This document shows, piece by piece, positions 9,080 to 17,660 of a DNA stretch of 64,000 nt. The number at the start of each line of letters is the position of its first letter. Position 1 is the first letter of the stretch. Position numbers and translations under genes: made by a program. The notes beneath the pieces are model-generated. The model was not told the origin of the DNA. It did no database searches and worked only from the letters and a program-made list of their open reading frames with translations. The stretch is from Planctomycetota bacterium (GTDB taxonomy: Bacteria; Planctomycetota; B15-G4; SIAN01): contig JANNXA010000014.1 of assembly GCA_031409275.1 (NCBI GenBank), positions 32,001-96,000 of the forward strand, in the 5' to 3' direction.

Positions 9080-10695
9080 GCGGACGCAAGCTGGAACGCG
9101 GCGGCACGCGGAATGGCTGGCGCGCCGGCGAGCGCGGCGGCGCCTTGGGCGTGCTGCTCGGCTGGGTGATGACGCTGCTGCTGCTGGCGCTGGCGCTCGA
9201 GGGGATCCTGCGCCTGTCGGGACTGCGTCCGGTGGTGACCATCAACGAGCCCGACCCGGAGCTTGGCTGGGCCAAGCGCAAGAACGAATCGACGCGCAAG
9301 GTGACCAGCGAGTTCGACGTCACCTTCTCGATCAACCCGCTCGGCCTGCGCGACGACGCCGACCTCACGCTGGCCAAGCCCGCCGGCACGCAGCGCGTAC
9401 TGGTCGTGGGCGACTCCTTCGTGCTCGGCTACACGGTCGAGCGCCACGACCATTTCGTCGACCTCGTCGAGCGGGCGCTGGTCGCCGATGGCCGCAAGGT
9501 GCAGCTCCTGAACGGCGGAACCGAGGGCTACTCGACCGATCAGGAGGTCGCGTGGCTGCGCCGTGACGGCTTCGCGTTCGCCCCCGACATCGTCGTGGCC
9601 TGCTTCTTCCAGAACGACGCCTGGATGAACGGCAAGACCAGCTACTCGGGCACCCCGAAGCCCCGCTTCGCGTTGGACGGGACGCTGGAACCCGCCGCTG
9701 CCAACACCGCGCCGCGCCGCGGCTGGCTCGCGACGCGCACCGCGCTGTTCGGGCTGGTCGACACGCTCCAGACGTCGATGCGCTACGGCAAGGAGCTCGC
9801 CTTCCAGGAGGGCGGGATGTCGATGCCGATGGATGAGGTGGTGATGCTGCGCACGCCGCCGGCCGCCGTCGCCGACTGCTGGACGCGCACCGCGGCCGGC
9901 TTTCGCGAGCTGAAGAAGAGCTGCGACGAGAAGGGCGCGAAGCTGCTGCTGGTGGCGATCCCGACGCGCGAAGAGATCGAGCCGGGCGCGCTCGCTCGCT
10001 GGTGCGACGCGCGCGGCGTCGCGCCGGACGCCGTCGATCCGCAGTCGCCGGCGCAGAAGGCGCTCGCGCTGGCGAGCGCCGCCGGCATCGCGACGCTCGA
10101 CCCGAAGGCGGCACTGGTCGCCGCCGCGAAGGACGGCACCAAGGTCTACTTCGAGAAGGACTGGCATCTCAATCCGGCTGGTTCGCGCGTCCTGGCGCGC
10201 CAGCTCTACGACACGCTCGCCGCGCCGGCGCTCCTCGGCGGTGCGCCGACGCCGGCTGGGGATGCCGCGTTCGACTTCGTGCCGGACAAGCCGATGGCGC
10301 GCTGGCCGTTCGTGCTCGGCGCCGTCTGGCTGCTGCTGTCGACGCTCTACGCGCGTACCAACCGCGACGAGTCGACGGTCGCGGCGTTCCTCCAGGTCGG
10401 CGTGATGATCGCCTCGGTGGTCGCCATCGTCGCGGGCTTCAGCTGGCTGATCGGACTGCTCGGACCGCGCATCGGCCGCTACGTCGGCATCGCGCTGCTG
10501 GTCGGATTCGGCGGCTGGCTCTTGTTCAAGATGGGGTCGAAGCTCTCGATCATCCGCGAGGTCTACGGCGCGTTCCTGCGCAATGGACTGTGGTACATGA
10601 TCCCGCTGATCGTGGTGATGCTGTCGATTGGCGGCCTGTTGGTGGTGGCGAGCAGCTCGCCGTTCATCGCGCCGTTCATCTATACGCTCTTTTGA
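9076..10695 (+). CDS. SGNH/GDSL hydrolase-like (AlgX/AlgJ-type) membrane protein with fused C-terminal SxtK/DUF5989-like domain
   Basis: VGDSF, GGTEGYS, FQND and DWHLN catalytic blocks; C-terminus LWYMIPLIVVML...IAPFIYTLF; GTGA overlap with the carbamoyltransferase. Confidence 0.8.
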   Translation: MSGRKLERGGTRNGWRAGERGGALGVLLGWVMTLLLLALALEGILRLSGLRPVVTINEPDPELGWAKRKNESTRKVTSEFDVTFSINPLGLRDDADLTLAKPAGTQRVLVVGDSFVLGYTVERHDHFVDLVERALVADGRKVQLLNGGTEGYSTDQEVAWLRRDGFAFAPDIVVACFFQNDAWMNGKTSYSGTPKPRFALDGTLEPAAANTAPRRGWLATRTALFGLVDTLQTSMRYGKELAFQEGGMSMPMDEVVMLRTPPAAVADCWTRTAAGFRELKKSCDEKGAKLLLVAIPTREEIEPGALARWCDARGVAPDAVDPQSPAQKALALASAAGIATLDPKAALVAAAKDGTKVYFEKDWHLNPAGSRVLARQLYDTLAAPALLGGAPTPAGDAAFDFVPDKPMARWPFVLGAVWLLLSTLYARTNRDESTVAAFLQVGVMIASVVAIVAGFSWLIGLLGPRIGRYVGIALLVGFGGWLLFKMGSKLSIIREVYGAFLRNGLWYMIPLIVVMLSIGGLLVVASSSPFIAPFIYTLF

Positions 10696-10696
10696 C

Positions 10697-10894
10697 CGTT
10701 GCAGCTGACGACGGCGCCGCGGACGGCGGACGCAAGCGATCCGGCTCCAGCACGGCGCCGTCGCAGCTGAACGTTGCCATCGCTCCGACGAGCGCGAGGA
10801 CGCGCTCGCGGGCGAAACGGCGATGCAGCTGACGAACGGCGCGCCGCGGGGACGGCAGCAGGAACGGTGGAAGTCGCGCCGTTCGCAGCTGATC
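10697..10894. repeat. Array of four GCAGCTGA motifs with hairpin spacers; folds as two attC-like imperfect inverted repeats (10697-10773, 10822-10894)
   Basis: GCAGCTGA at 10701, 10763, 10825, 10885; cgtt[g]cagctg[a]cgacggcgccg pairs with cggcgccgtcgcagctgaacg; gat[g]cagctg[a]cgaacggcgcg pairs with cgcgccgttcgcagctgatc. Confidence 0.75.
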
Positions 10895-11015
10895 CGGGTG
10901 GACTCGAGCGCGCTGCGCGCGGCTCGAGCTGAGCGGTGGCGGGCAAGGGGGCGGCGATTCGCGCGCGCAACCCGGTGATCCTCGGCAGAATGCGGACCCT
11001 TCCACGGAGCTTGCC

Positions 11016-11909
11016 CTGAAACCACTCGTGCTCTACCACGGGCAATGCCTCGACGGCTTCGCGGCCGCTTGGGTCGCGTTCCAGCGCTTCGGCGGCGCTG
11101 GCGAGTACCACGCCGTCCAATTCGGCGAGACGCTGCGCTGGCCGGTCGACGGGCGCGATGTGCTCATCCTCGACTTCAGCTTCCCGCGCGAGCAGTTGAT
11201 CGACATGAAGCAGCGCGCCACGTCGCTGCTGGTGCTCGACCATCACGTGACGGCGCAGCAGGACCTGGCCGGCCTCGACTTCGCGCAGTTCGACCTCACG
11301 CGCGCCGGCTGCACGCTGACCTGGGACTGGTTCTTCCCTGGCGAGCCGCGCCCCTGGCTGCTGGGCTACGTCGAGGACAAGGACCTCTGGCGATGGAAGC
11401 TCCCCGACAGCCAGGAGGTCGCGGCGGCGCTCCAGAGCTACTCACGCTCGTTCAAGACGTGGGACAAGATCCTGCGCAAAGGCATCGACGCGCTGGTCGC
11501 CGAAGGGCGCCCGATCCTGCGCTACAAGAACCGACTGATCGAAACGGCCGCCAGCCGCGTGAAGATGATCGACTTCGAGGGCCACCGCATCCCGGTGGTG
11601 ACCAGTTGCATGCTGCAGAGCGAGATCGGCGGCCGCTTGGCGAAGGACCATCCGTTCGTCGCCATCGTCTTCGAGTCGGGTTCGCGCCGCATCTGGAGCC
11701 TGCGCTCGCACGAGGAGGGCGGCATCAACGTCGCCGAGATCGCCAAGCGCCACGGCGGCGGCGGCCATCCCAACGCGGCGGGGTTCATCGAGCCGTTGCG
11801 TGACGATGGACGCCAAGAGCTCGTCGAGCCGGCGCTCCCCATCTCGGCGGCAGAGCTCTCCGAACTCAGCGACAGCGAAGGCGACGGCAAGGACCTGCTG
11901 CCGAGCTGA
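11016..11909 (+). CDS. DHH/DHHA1 family phosphoesterase; probable CTG start
   Basis: YHGQCLDG, ILDFSF, LDHH, EDKDLW, GGGGHPNAAG; GGAG at 11006-11009 before in-frame CTG at 11016. Confidence 0.85.
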   Translation: MKPLVLYHGQCLDGFAAAWVAFQRFGGAGEYHAVQFGETLRWPVDGRDVLILDFSFPREQLIDMKQRATSLLVLDHHVTAQQDLAGLDFAQFDLTRAGCTLTWDWFFPGEPRPWLLGYVEDKDLWRWKLPDSQEVAAALQSYSRSFKTWDKILRKGIDALVAEGRPILRYKNRLIETAASRVKMIDFEGHRIPVVTSCMLQSEIGGRLAKDHPFVAIVFESGSRRIWSLRSHEEGGINVAEIAKRHGGGGHPNAAGFIEPLRDDGRQELVEPALPISAAELSELSDSEGDGKDLLPS

Positions 11910-11933
11910 GCGCCGAAGCGTCCGGGCGGCTCC

Positions 11934-13385
11934 TCAACGAGCGCGCGCGTCCGGCTCGAAGCCGCCCCCCACCGCTTTGCACAACGCGATCGTGGCCAGA
12001 AGTTCGCCGGCCGCGGCGCTCGCCGTCTCCTGCTCGCTGTCGAGCAGCTGTTGTTCGGCGGTGGTGACCGCGAGGTAGTCGGTGAGGCCGCGCGTCCAGA
12101 GTTCGCGCGACAGGTCGAGCGTGCGCTGATCGGCGGCGCGCGCGATCGCGAGCGCTGCCCCCCGTTCACGCTCGCGCCAGGCGGCCGCGAGCGCGTCCTC
12201 GACTTCGACCAGTGCGGCGATCACCGACTGCTCGAAGCGAGCAAGTGCCTGCTCGGCGCGGGCGTCTTCGGCGGCCAGCGCCGCGCGCAGCCGGCCGTGG
12301 TTGAACAGCGGCACATGCAGATCGGGGCCGATCGACCACGCGGCGCTGCCGACGTCGCCCAGCGCGGCGAAATGGGTGCTCTGCAGGCCGAGGCCGCCGT
12401 TGAGCGTGAGGCGCGGGTAGAGATCGGCGGTGGCGACGCCGACGCGCGCCGTCGCGGCGGCGAGCTCTCGCTCGGCGCGCCGCAAGTCGGGACGCCGAGC
12501 GATCAGCTCCGCGGGCACTCCCGACTCGAACGACGGCGCGGACGGCAACGCAGCGGCCAGCGCCTGCTCGTCGGCAGGCTCGGCCAACCCCACCGGCAAC
12601 GACGCCGCCGGCACCGCCAGCAGCGTCGCGAGTTGATGGCGAGCCAGGTCCGCCTCACGCGCGAGGCGCGGCAACGTCGCCCCGGTGGCAGCGAGCGCCG
12701 ACTCCGCCTGGCTCGCCGGAAGTTCGCTGTCGATGCCCGCGGCGGCGCGCGCTCGCACCAGCGCGAGGCCGTCCTCCTGCGCGACGAGGTGGCGCCGTGC
12801 AAGCGCATGGCGGCGCTGCGCCGAGCGCAACTCCACGTACCGGCGCGCCACCTCCGCCGCCAGCGAGAGGCGCGCGGACGCGCCGGAAGCCTCGGCGGCC
12901 GCGAGATCGGCATCGGCCGCCTCGACGCTGCGGCGCACGCGTCCGAAGAGATCGACCTCGTAGCTCGCATCGAAGCCTGCGTCGAAGAGATCCTCTTCGC
13001 GGGCACTGAAGCGCGAGGCCGCGCCGGAGAGCTCCTCCGAACGACGGCTGCGCTCGTAGCGGCCGTTGGCAGAGAGCTCGGGCAACTGCGCGCCGCCGAC
13101 GACACCGCGCAGCGCGCGTGCCTCGCGAACACGCGCCGTCGCCTCGCGCAGCGTCGGGCTTTGCGCCAGGGCCTGTTCCACCAACTGCGACAGCGTCGGA
13201 TCACGAAACGCCTGCCACCAGGCCATCGGCATGGCATCGGTGCTCGCTCCGCCGTTCGATGGGGCGACGTAGCGTTCCGGCAATGCCACCGGCGGCGCGG
13301 CGTAGTCGGGGCCGACCGCCGCACAACCGAGCAGCAGCAGGCACGCGGCGGCGCCAAGCGGCGCTCGCAACGGCGTTCTGCTCAT
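11934..13385 (-). CDS. Efflux outer membrane lipoprotein (NodT/TolC family)
   Basis: Lipobox LLLGC-AAVGPDY, WWQAFRDPTL, ELIARRPDLRRAER, ADLYP, KAVGGG. Confidence 0.92.
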   Translation of the reverse strand: MSRTPLRAPLGAAACLLLLGCAAVGPDYAAPPVALPERYVAPSNGGASTDAMPMAWWQAFRDPTLSQLVEQALAQSPTLREATARVREARALRGVVGGAQLPELSANGRYERSRRSEELSGAASRFSAREEDLFDAGFDASYEVDLFGRVRRSVEAADADLAAAEASGASARLSLAAEVARRYVELRSAQRRHALARRHLVAQEDGLALVRARAAAGIDSELPASQAESALAATGATLPRLAREADLARHQLATLLAVPAASLPVGLAEPADEQALAAALPSAPSFESGVPAELIARRPDLRRAERELAAATARVGVATADLYPRLTLNGGLGLQSTHFAALGDVGSAAWSIGPDLHVPLFNHGRLRAALAAEDARAEQALARFEQSVIAALVEVEDALAAAWRERERGAALAIARAADQRTLDLSRELWTRGLTDYLAVTTAEQQLLDSEQETASAAAGELLATIALCKAVGGGFEPDARAR

Positions 13386-14464
13386 CGCGCCGCCCCAGCT
13401 TCGGCCTTCGCCGCGCCGACGCGCGTCTCCTCGATGAAGACATCCATCTGTTGGCCGACGAAGAGCGAGAGCGCCGGATCGACGATGCGGTAGATCACCT
13501 GCAGGACGCGGGTGTCGACCCGCTCGTTGGCATCGCCGGTGAGCGAACGCTTCGGAACCACGAACGGCTCGAAGCGGACGAACTCGAGCGCGCTCTCGAA
13601 CTCGCGATGGCCGCGCAGGTGCGCCTGCGCCCGCGCCTTCGCATCCACGCGCCACGCATCGTTCTCGTCGATGTCGACCCGCACGTGCCGGGTCGCGAGC
13701 GCGCCGAGCAGCAACAGCGGTTGTGCCAGCGCCCCCGCCGGCGCGTACTCGCCGGCGCGCACCTTCACCTGCAGGACGGTCGCCGCTGCGGGCGCGCGCA
13801 CGACCAGACGCTCGATCTCGACGGCCACTTGATCGCGTTCCGCCGCCGCGACGGCCACGTCGGCGCGGGCGACCGCGAGGTCAGGCTCCCACGAGCCCGC
13901 CTGCGCTCGCGTGAGCTGCGCCTGCGCCGTCGCCCGCCTCGTCTCCGCTGCCGCCACCGCGAAACGCTTGCGCGCGAGGAGCTCGGGCGCGACCGCCCGC
14001 GGATCGCTCACCGACTCCCAGCGCGCGACTTCGTCGGCGGCGTCGGCGAGCGCGCTGTTCGCTTCGTCGAGCTGCGCGACCAGCGGCGGCAGCTCCTCCG
14101 CACGCGGCAACTGCTCGAGCCGAGCAAGGCGCGCCTGCGCCGCCGCGAGCGCCGCCTCGCGCACGGCAAGTTCAGCGACACGGCTGCGAGCGTCGAGGCG
14201 AAACAGCGGCGCGCCGGCGGCGACCTCCGATCCGACGCTCACCTCCACGGCCACCACGAGTCCGCCGCTCGGCGCCCCGATCGCGATGTTCTCGCCGCTC
14301 GCTTCGACGATGCCGGCGCCGGCGACGAAGCGCTCGAACGGGGCGATCGCTGGAAACGACACGGGTGGCGCGATCGGCGCCGGAGTGGATCCCGCAACGA
14401 CCGTCCGCACCGCGAACACGGCGCCGAGCAGCGCGAGCAACGGCAGCAGGTACTTGCGAAACAT
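13382..14464 (-). CDS. Efflux periplasmic adaptor (HlyD/MFP)
   Basis: N-terminal anchor, lipoyl-like GxVxxVxVxxG halves around a coiled coil, VPKRSLTGDANERVDTRVLQV. Confidence 0.9.
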   Translation of the reverse strand: MFRKYLLPLLALLGAVFAVRTVVAGSTPAPIAPPVSFPAIAPFERFVAGAGIVEASGENIAIGAPSGGLVVAVEVSVGSEVAAGAPLFRLDARSRVAELAVREAALAAAQARLARLEQLPRAEELPPLVAQLDEANSALADAADEVARWESVSDPRAVAPELLARKRFAVAAAETRRATAQAQLTRAQAGSWEPDLAVARADVAVAAAERDQVAVEIERLVVRAPAAATVLQVKVRAGEYAPAGALAQPLLLLGALATRHVRVDIDENDAWRVDAKARAQAHLRGHREFESALEFVRFEPFVVPKRSLTGDANERVDTRVLQVIYRIVDPALSLFVGQQMDVFIEETRVGAAKAEAGAAR

Positions 14465-15213
14465 CAGTGCGGCTCCGAAGCGAGGGCGACGCGGCCAGGC
14501 TCGACGGCGCGGATGCAGCCGTCTTCCATCCGCGCGATGCGGTCAGCGAACCCGAAGATGCGGCTGTCGTGAGTCACGAGGACGAGGGCGCGATCGGGGC
14601 GGACGGCATGCGCGCGCAGCAGTTCCATCACGCCGTGGCCGGTGTCGGCATCGAGCGCGCTGGTCGGCTCGTCGCAGACCAGGAGGCGCGGCTCGTGGAC
14701 CAACGCGCGCGAGAGGGCGACGCGTTGCTGCTGGCCGCCGGAGAGGTCGCGCGGAGCGGAGCGGCGACGGGCGCCGAGACCCACCGAATCGAGCACCTCG
14801 CCGGCGCGCGCCAACGCCAGCGCGCGCGGCGTTCCGCGCAACAGGAGCGGAATGGCGACGTTCTCCTCGACCGACAGCGTCGGCACGAGGTTGTAGGCCT
14901 GGAACACGAAGCCGACGTTCGCCCCGCGCCAGCGCGTCAGCGCCGGCCCGCTGAGCTCGCGCAGATTCGCCCCGAGCACGGCGACCTCGCCGGCATCCGC
15001 GTCGAGGATCCCGGCCAGCACCGAGATGAGCGTCGTCTTGCCGCATCCCGAGGGCCCGACCAGCATCAGCAGCTCGCCGAGCGAGACGTCGAGGTCGACC
15101 TTGCGCAGCGCGTCGACGCGCGCGTCGCCGGTTCCGTAGCTCTTCTCGACGCCGCGGCAGCGGATCGCAAGCGATGGCGAAGCGGTGGGTGGTGTTGCGG
15201 CCATCGTGCTCAT
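14464..15213 (-). CDS. ABC transporter ATP-binding protein (LolD/MacB-like)
   Basis: GPSGCGKTT, LSGGQQQRV, CDEPTSALD, VTHD. Confidence 0.93.
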   Translation of the reverse strand: MSTMAATPPTASPSLAIRCRGVEKSYGTGDARVDALRKVDLDVSLGELLMLVGPSGCGKTTLISVLAGILDADAGEVAVLGANLRELSGPALTRWRGANVGFVFQAYNLVPTLSVEENVAIPLLLRGTPRALALARAGEVLDSVGLGARRRSAPRDLSGGQQQRVALSRALVHEPRLLVCDEPTSALDADTGHGVMELLRAHAVRPDRALVLVTHDSRIFGFADRIARMEDGCIRAVEPGRVALASEPH

Positions 15214-16364
15214 CCTCTGAACACGATCGCCGGCTCGAGGCGCAGCACCGTCCGGATGGCGAGCAGCGCCGACGCGAGGCAGATGAAGAGCACGGCGCCC
15301 CCGCTGATGGCGAGCAGTTGCCACGGCATCCGGAACGCGAGTTCGCTGTTGCGCGAGACGATGCCGAACAGCGAAGCTCCGCCGACTCCGAGCCCCCACC
15401 CGATCGACCCGGCGACGAGCGCCTGCGTGAGGATCATCGCGAGCAGCGTCGCCGACGTCGCGCCCATCGCCTTCAGCGTCCCGAAGTGGCGCAGGTTGTC
15501 GAGCGTGAAGTTGTAGAAGGTCTGCCCCGCGATCGCCGTCCCGATCACGAATCCGAGCAGGACGGCGATGCCGAAGTTGATCGGGATGCCGGTGTACTTC
15601 ATGAAGTAGCCGTAGGTCGTCGTCTTGAACTCGTCGGCCGTCTGCGCCAGGAGTCCGGTGGCGGCGTGGATGCGATCGCACAGCTCGCGCGCGGCGATTC
15701 CGGGCATCGGATCGGCCAGCACGAACGACAGCAGCTTGCGTTCCCGCGGCGCGTAGGTGGTCGCCCGCTGGTAGGTCGTGTAGAGGACCGGTTGCGACTG
15801 GAAGGTGCGCGACACGCGGCAGATCCCGACCACGATCGCACGATGATCGTTCAGCTCGAGCACGTCGCCGACGCGCAGCGGGCGCCGCGAGCCGTCCGCC
15901 TGCAGCGTGGCGAGCTTCCCGTTCGCGCCGTTCTCGTCGACGATGACGCCTTCGGCTCGCCGCAGGTCGGCCACCGTGCCTTCGACCATCTCGGGCGGGC
16001 CGCCCAGCAGCGTCGCATCGTCCAGCCCGAACACGTTGCACGTCTGATAGGCGCCATCCTGGAGGCGCACCTTGAGCAGCCCCTTGTAGAGCGGGACGGC
16101 CCACGCCACCCCGTCGACGCCGCGCACGCGCAGGAGCTGCGTGTCCTGCAGCGGCTTCACGTCGTCGACGAACTGCACCTTCGGATCCATGACCCACACC
16201 GCAGGCTGGCCGAGATCGGTGATGGAGCCGAACGTGCGCGTCATGAGTCCGACGAAGATCGCCGACTGCTGGGTGATCAGCAGCGCGGCGAAGGTGAGCC
16301 CCATCACGATCCCGAGGTAGCGCGCGCGATCGCCGACCAGCATCTTGAGCGCGATGCGGATCAT
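15210..16364 (-). CDS. ABC transporter permease (FtsX/MacB/DevC-like)
   Basis: MIRIALKMLVGDRARY, FGTLKAMGA, C-terminal LEPAIVFRG. Confidence 0.9.
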   Translation of the reverse strand: MIRIALKMLVGDRARYLGIVMGLTFAALLITQQSAIFVGLMTRTFGSITDLGQPAVWVMDPKVQFVDDVKPLQDTQLLRVRGVDGVAWAVPLYKGLLKVRLQDGAYQTCNVFGLDDATLLGGPPEMVEGTVADLRRAEGVIVDENGANGKLATLQADGSRRPLRVGDVLELNDHRAIVVGICRVSRTFQSQPVLYTTYQRATTYAPRERKLLSFVLADPMPGIAARELCDRIHAATGLLAQTADEFKTTTYGYFMKYTGIPINFGIAVLLGFVIGTAIAGQTFYNFTLDNLRHFGTLKAMGATSATLLAMILTQALVAGSIGWGLGVGGASLFGIVSRNSELAFRMPWQLLAISGGAVLFICLASALLAIRTVLRLEPAIVFRG

Positions 16365-17017
16365 CGGCGGCGCTCGCGACCACCCGCGAGGGCGGCTCTG
16401 CTGAAGGCCACCACGTGGCGCGCGATGGCCTCGGTCGCCGCCGAATCGCGGAAGGGCTTGAGCGCCGGCAGCCGCGCGATGACCGGCTCGGCGAAGAACC
16501 AGAACAGGCATTGCGAGACGACGCTCGCCGCCGCCAGCGCCACGGCGTCGGCCGGCGCGCGCGGCCCGAGCATCTCGCGGACGATGCCGAGCAGCCGCTC
16601 GAACTCCGGCCCGATCCCCTCGCGCACCATGACGTCGATCGCCGCCGAGGGGTCCGCCATCTCGCGCGCCATCAGGCGTCCTTGCCACGCGGGTCGGCCG
16701 ACGCCGCGCGCCCGCGCCAGCAGCGAGCGAACGAAGGCGCGCAGCCGTTCGGGAGCCGGCGCATCCGCTGCCAGCCCGCCATCGGTGGGGTGACGGGCGA
16801 GCGCCTCGGCGAACGAGGAGCGCATGACCTCGACGTAGAGGCGCGCCTTGCCGCCGAAGTGGTAGTTCACGGCGGCGAGGTTCGCGCCGGCACGGAGCGC
16901 GATGGCGCGAACCGTCGCCCCGCGCAGTCCGTGCTCCGCGAAGAGCTCTCCCGCTGCGGTCAGCACCCGCTCGCGGGTGCCCTCGTCGGCGGGCGGCGCA
17001 GTCGATTTCGAACGCAT
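16361..17017 (-). CDS. TetR-family regulator, CecR/YbiH-like (DUF1956 C-terminus)
   Basis: TRERVLTAAGELFAEHG...ANLAAVNYHFGGK helix-turn-helix; LMAREMADPS; heads the efflux operon. Confidence 0.88.
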   Translation of the reverse strand: MRSKSTAPPADEGTRERVLTAAGELFAEHGLRGATVRAIALRAGANLAAVNYHFGGKARLYVEVMRSSFAEALARHPTDGGLAADAPAPERLRAFVRSLLARARGVGRPAWQGRLMAREMADPSAAIDVMVREGIGPEFERLLGIVREMLGPRAPADAVALAAASVVSQCLFWFFAEPVIARLPALKPFRDSAATEAIARHVVAFSRAALAGGRERRR

Positions 17018-17056
17018 GATTCAAACGACCATATGAAACAGTTGTTTGAATCGCAA
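17018..17056 (-). promoter_or_regulatory. Promoter with overlapping inverted-repeat operator of the TetR/efflux operon
   Basis: Minus strand TTGCGA-N17-TATGGT, ending 10 nt before the ATG; inverted repeat gattcaaacgac...gttgtttgaatc (17018-17052). Confidence 0.75.
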
Positions 17057-17109
17057 GATCAGGCGCGACGTGCGGTGCGGCGGTCACCGGGCTACGATCG
17101 CGCGCCTTC

Positions 17110-17658
17110 ATGGACGAGATCGACGACTCTCCCCTGACCGACGACGACACCGCGCCACGGCCGGAGCGCGGAGCGCCGTGCCTCTGGTTCACCCGCCAGC
17201 CGCTGCACGAGCTGATCGAGGAGATCCGCGTCCGCCATTTCGGGTGGCTTCCAGGCCCGCTACGCGTGCAGTTCGCCGAGCAGGAGCGGCTCGCCGAGTG
17301 CGATCCGGGCGCACCGCTCCTGGTCTCCTTCCACTCGCTCCTGAACCACGCGCAGACTCCGGTCGAGGTGTTCGGGACCCTCGCCAAGCGGGTCGTCTGG
17401 CCGCACGCCGCCGCGAAACGACGCGGCCGCCGCGCGATGCCGCTGCCGTTCGCCGCGGTCTGCCCGGAGGAGGGTTTCGCCGACGCCTGGATCGACCTGT
17501 TCCTCGGCGCCTGCATTCGACGCGGCACGCTCGAGGAAGAACCCACCGTGCGGCGCGGCTGGCAGCGTCATTGGCTCGAGTCGCGGCCGCTGCCCCCGGC
17601 GCTGAAGCTGCGCCGCGCCGAAGCGGACGCGGCGCTGCGCAATCTGCTGAAGGAGTGA
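17110..17658 (+). CDS. Hypothetical protein, possibly a degenerate SprT/YgjP-like zincin lacking HExxH
   Basis: FHSLLNHAQTPVEVFGTLAKRVVW resembles the segment that precedes HExxH in such proteins, but HExxH is absent; sits in front of the SDR gene. Confidence 0.55.
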   Translation: MDEIDDSPLTDDDTAPRPERGAPCLWFTRQPLHELIEEIRVRHFGWLPGPLRVQFAEQERLAECDPGAPLLVSFHSLLNHAQTPVEVFGTLAKRVVWPHAAAKRRGRRAMPLPFAAVCPEEGFADAWIDLFLGACIRRGTLEEEPTVRRGWQRHWLESRPLPPALKLRRAEADAALRNLLKE

Positions 17659-17660
17659 CG

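Noticed and set aside
7006..10695. Saxitoxin or antibiotic biosynthetic cluster
   Set aside because: Only sxtI/J/K-like genes are present; no sxtA/G, PKS or NRPS; the context is cell envelope
10697..10932. CRISPR array
   Set aside because: The repeat is only 8 bp, the spacers are self-complementary and resemble each other, and there are no cas genes in the window
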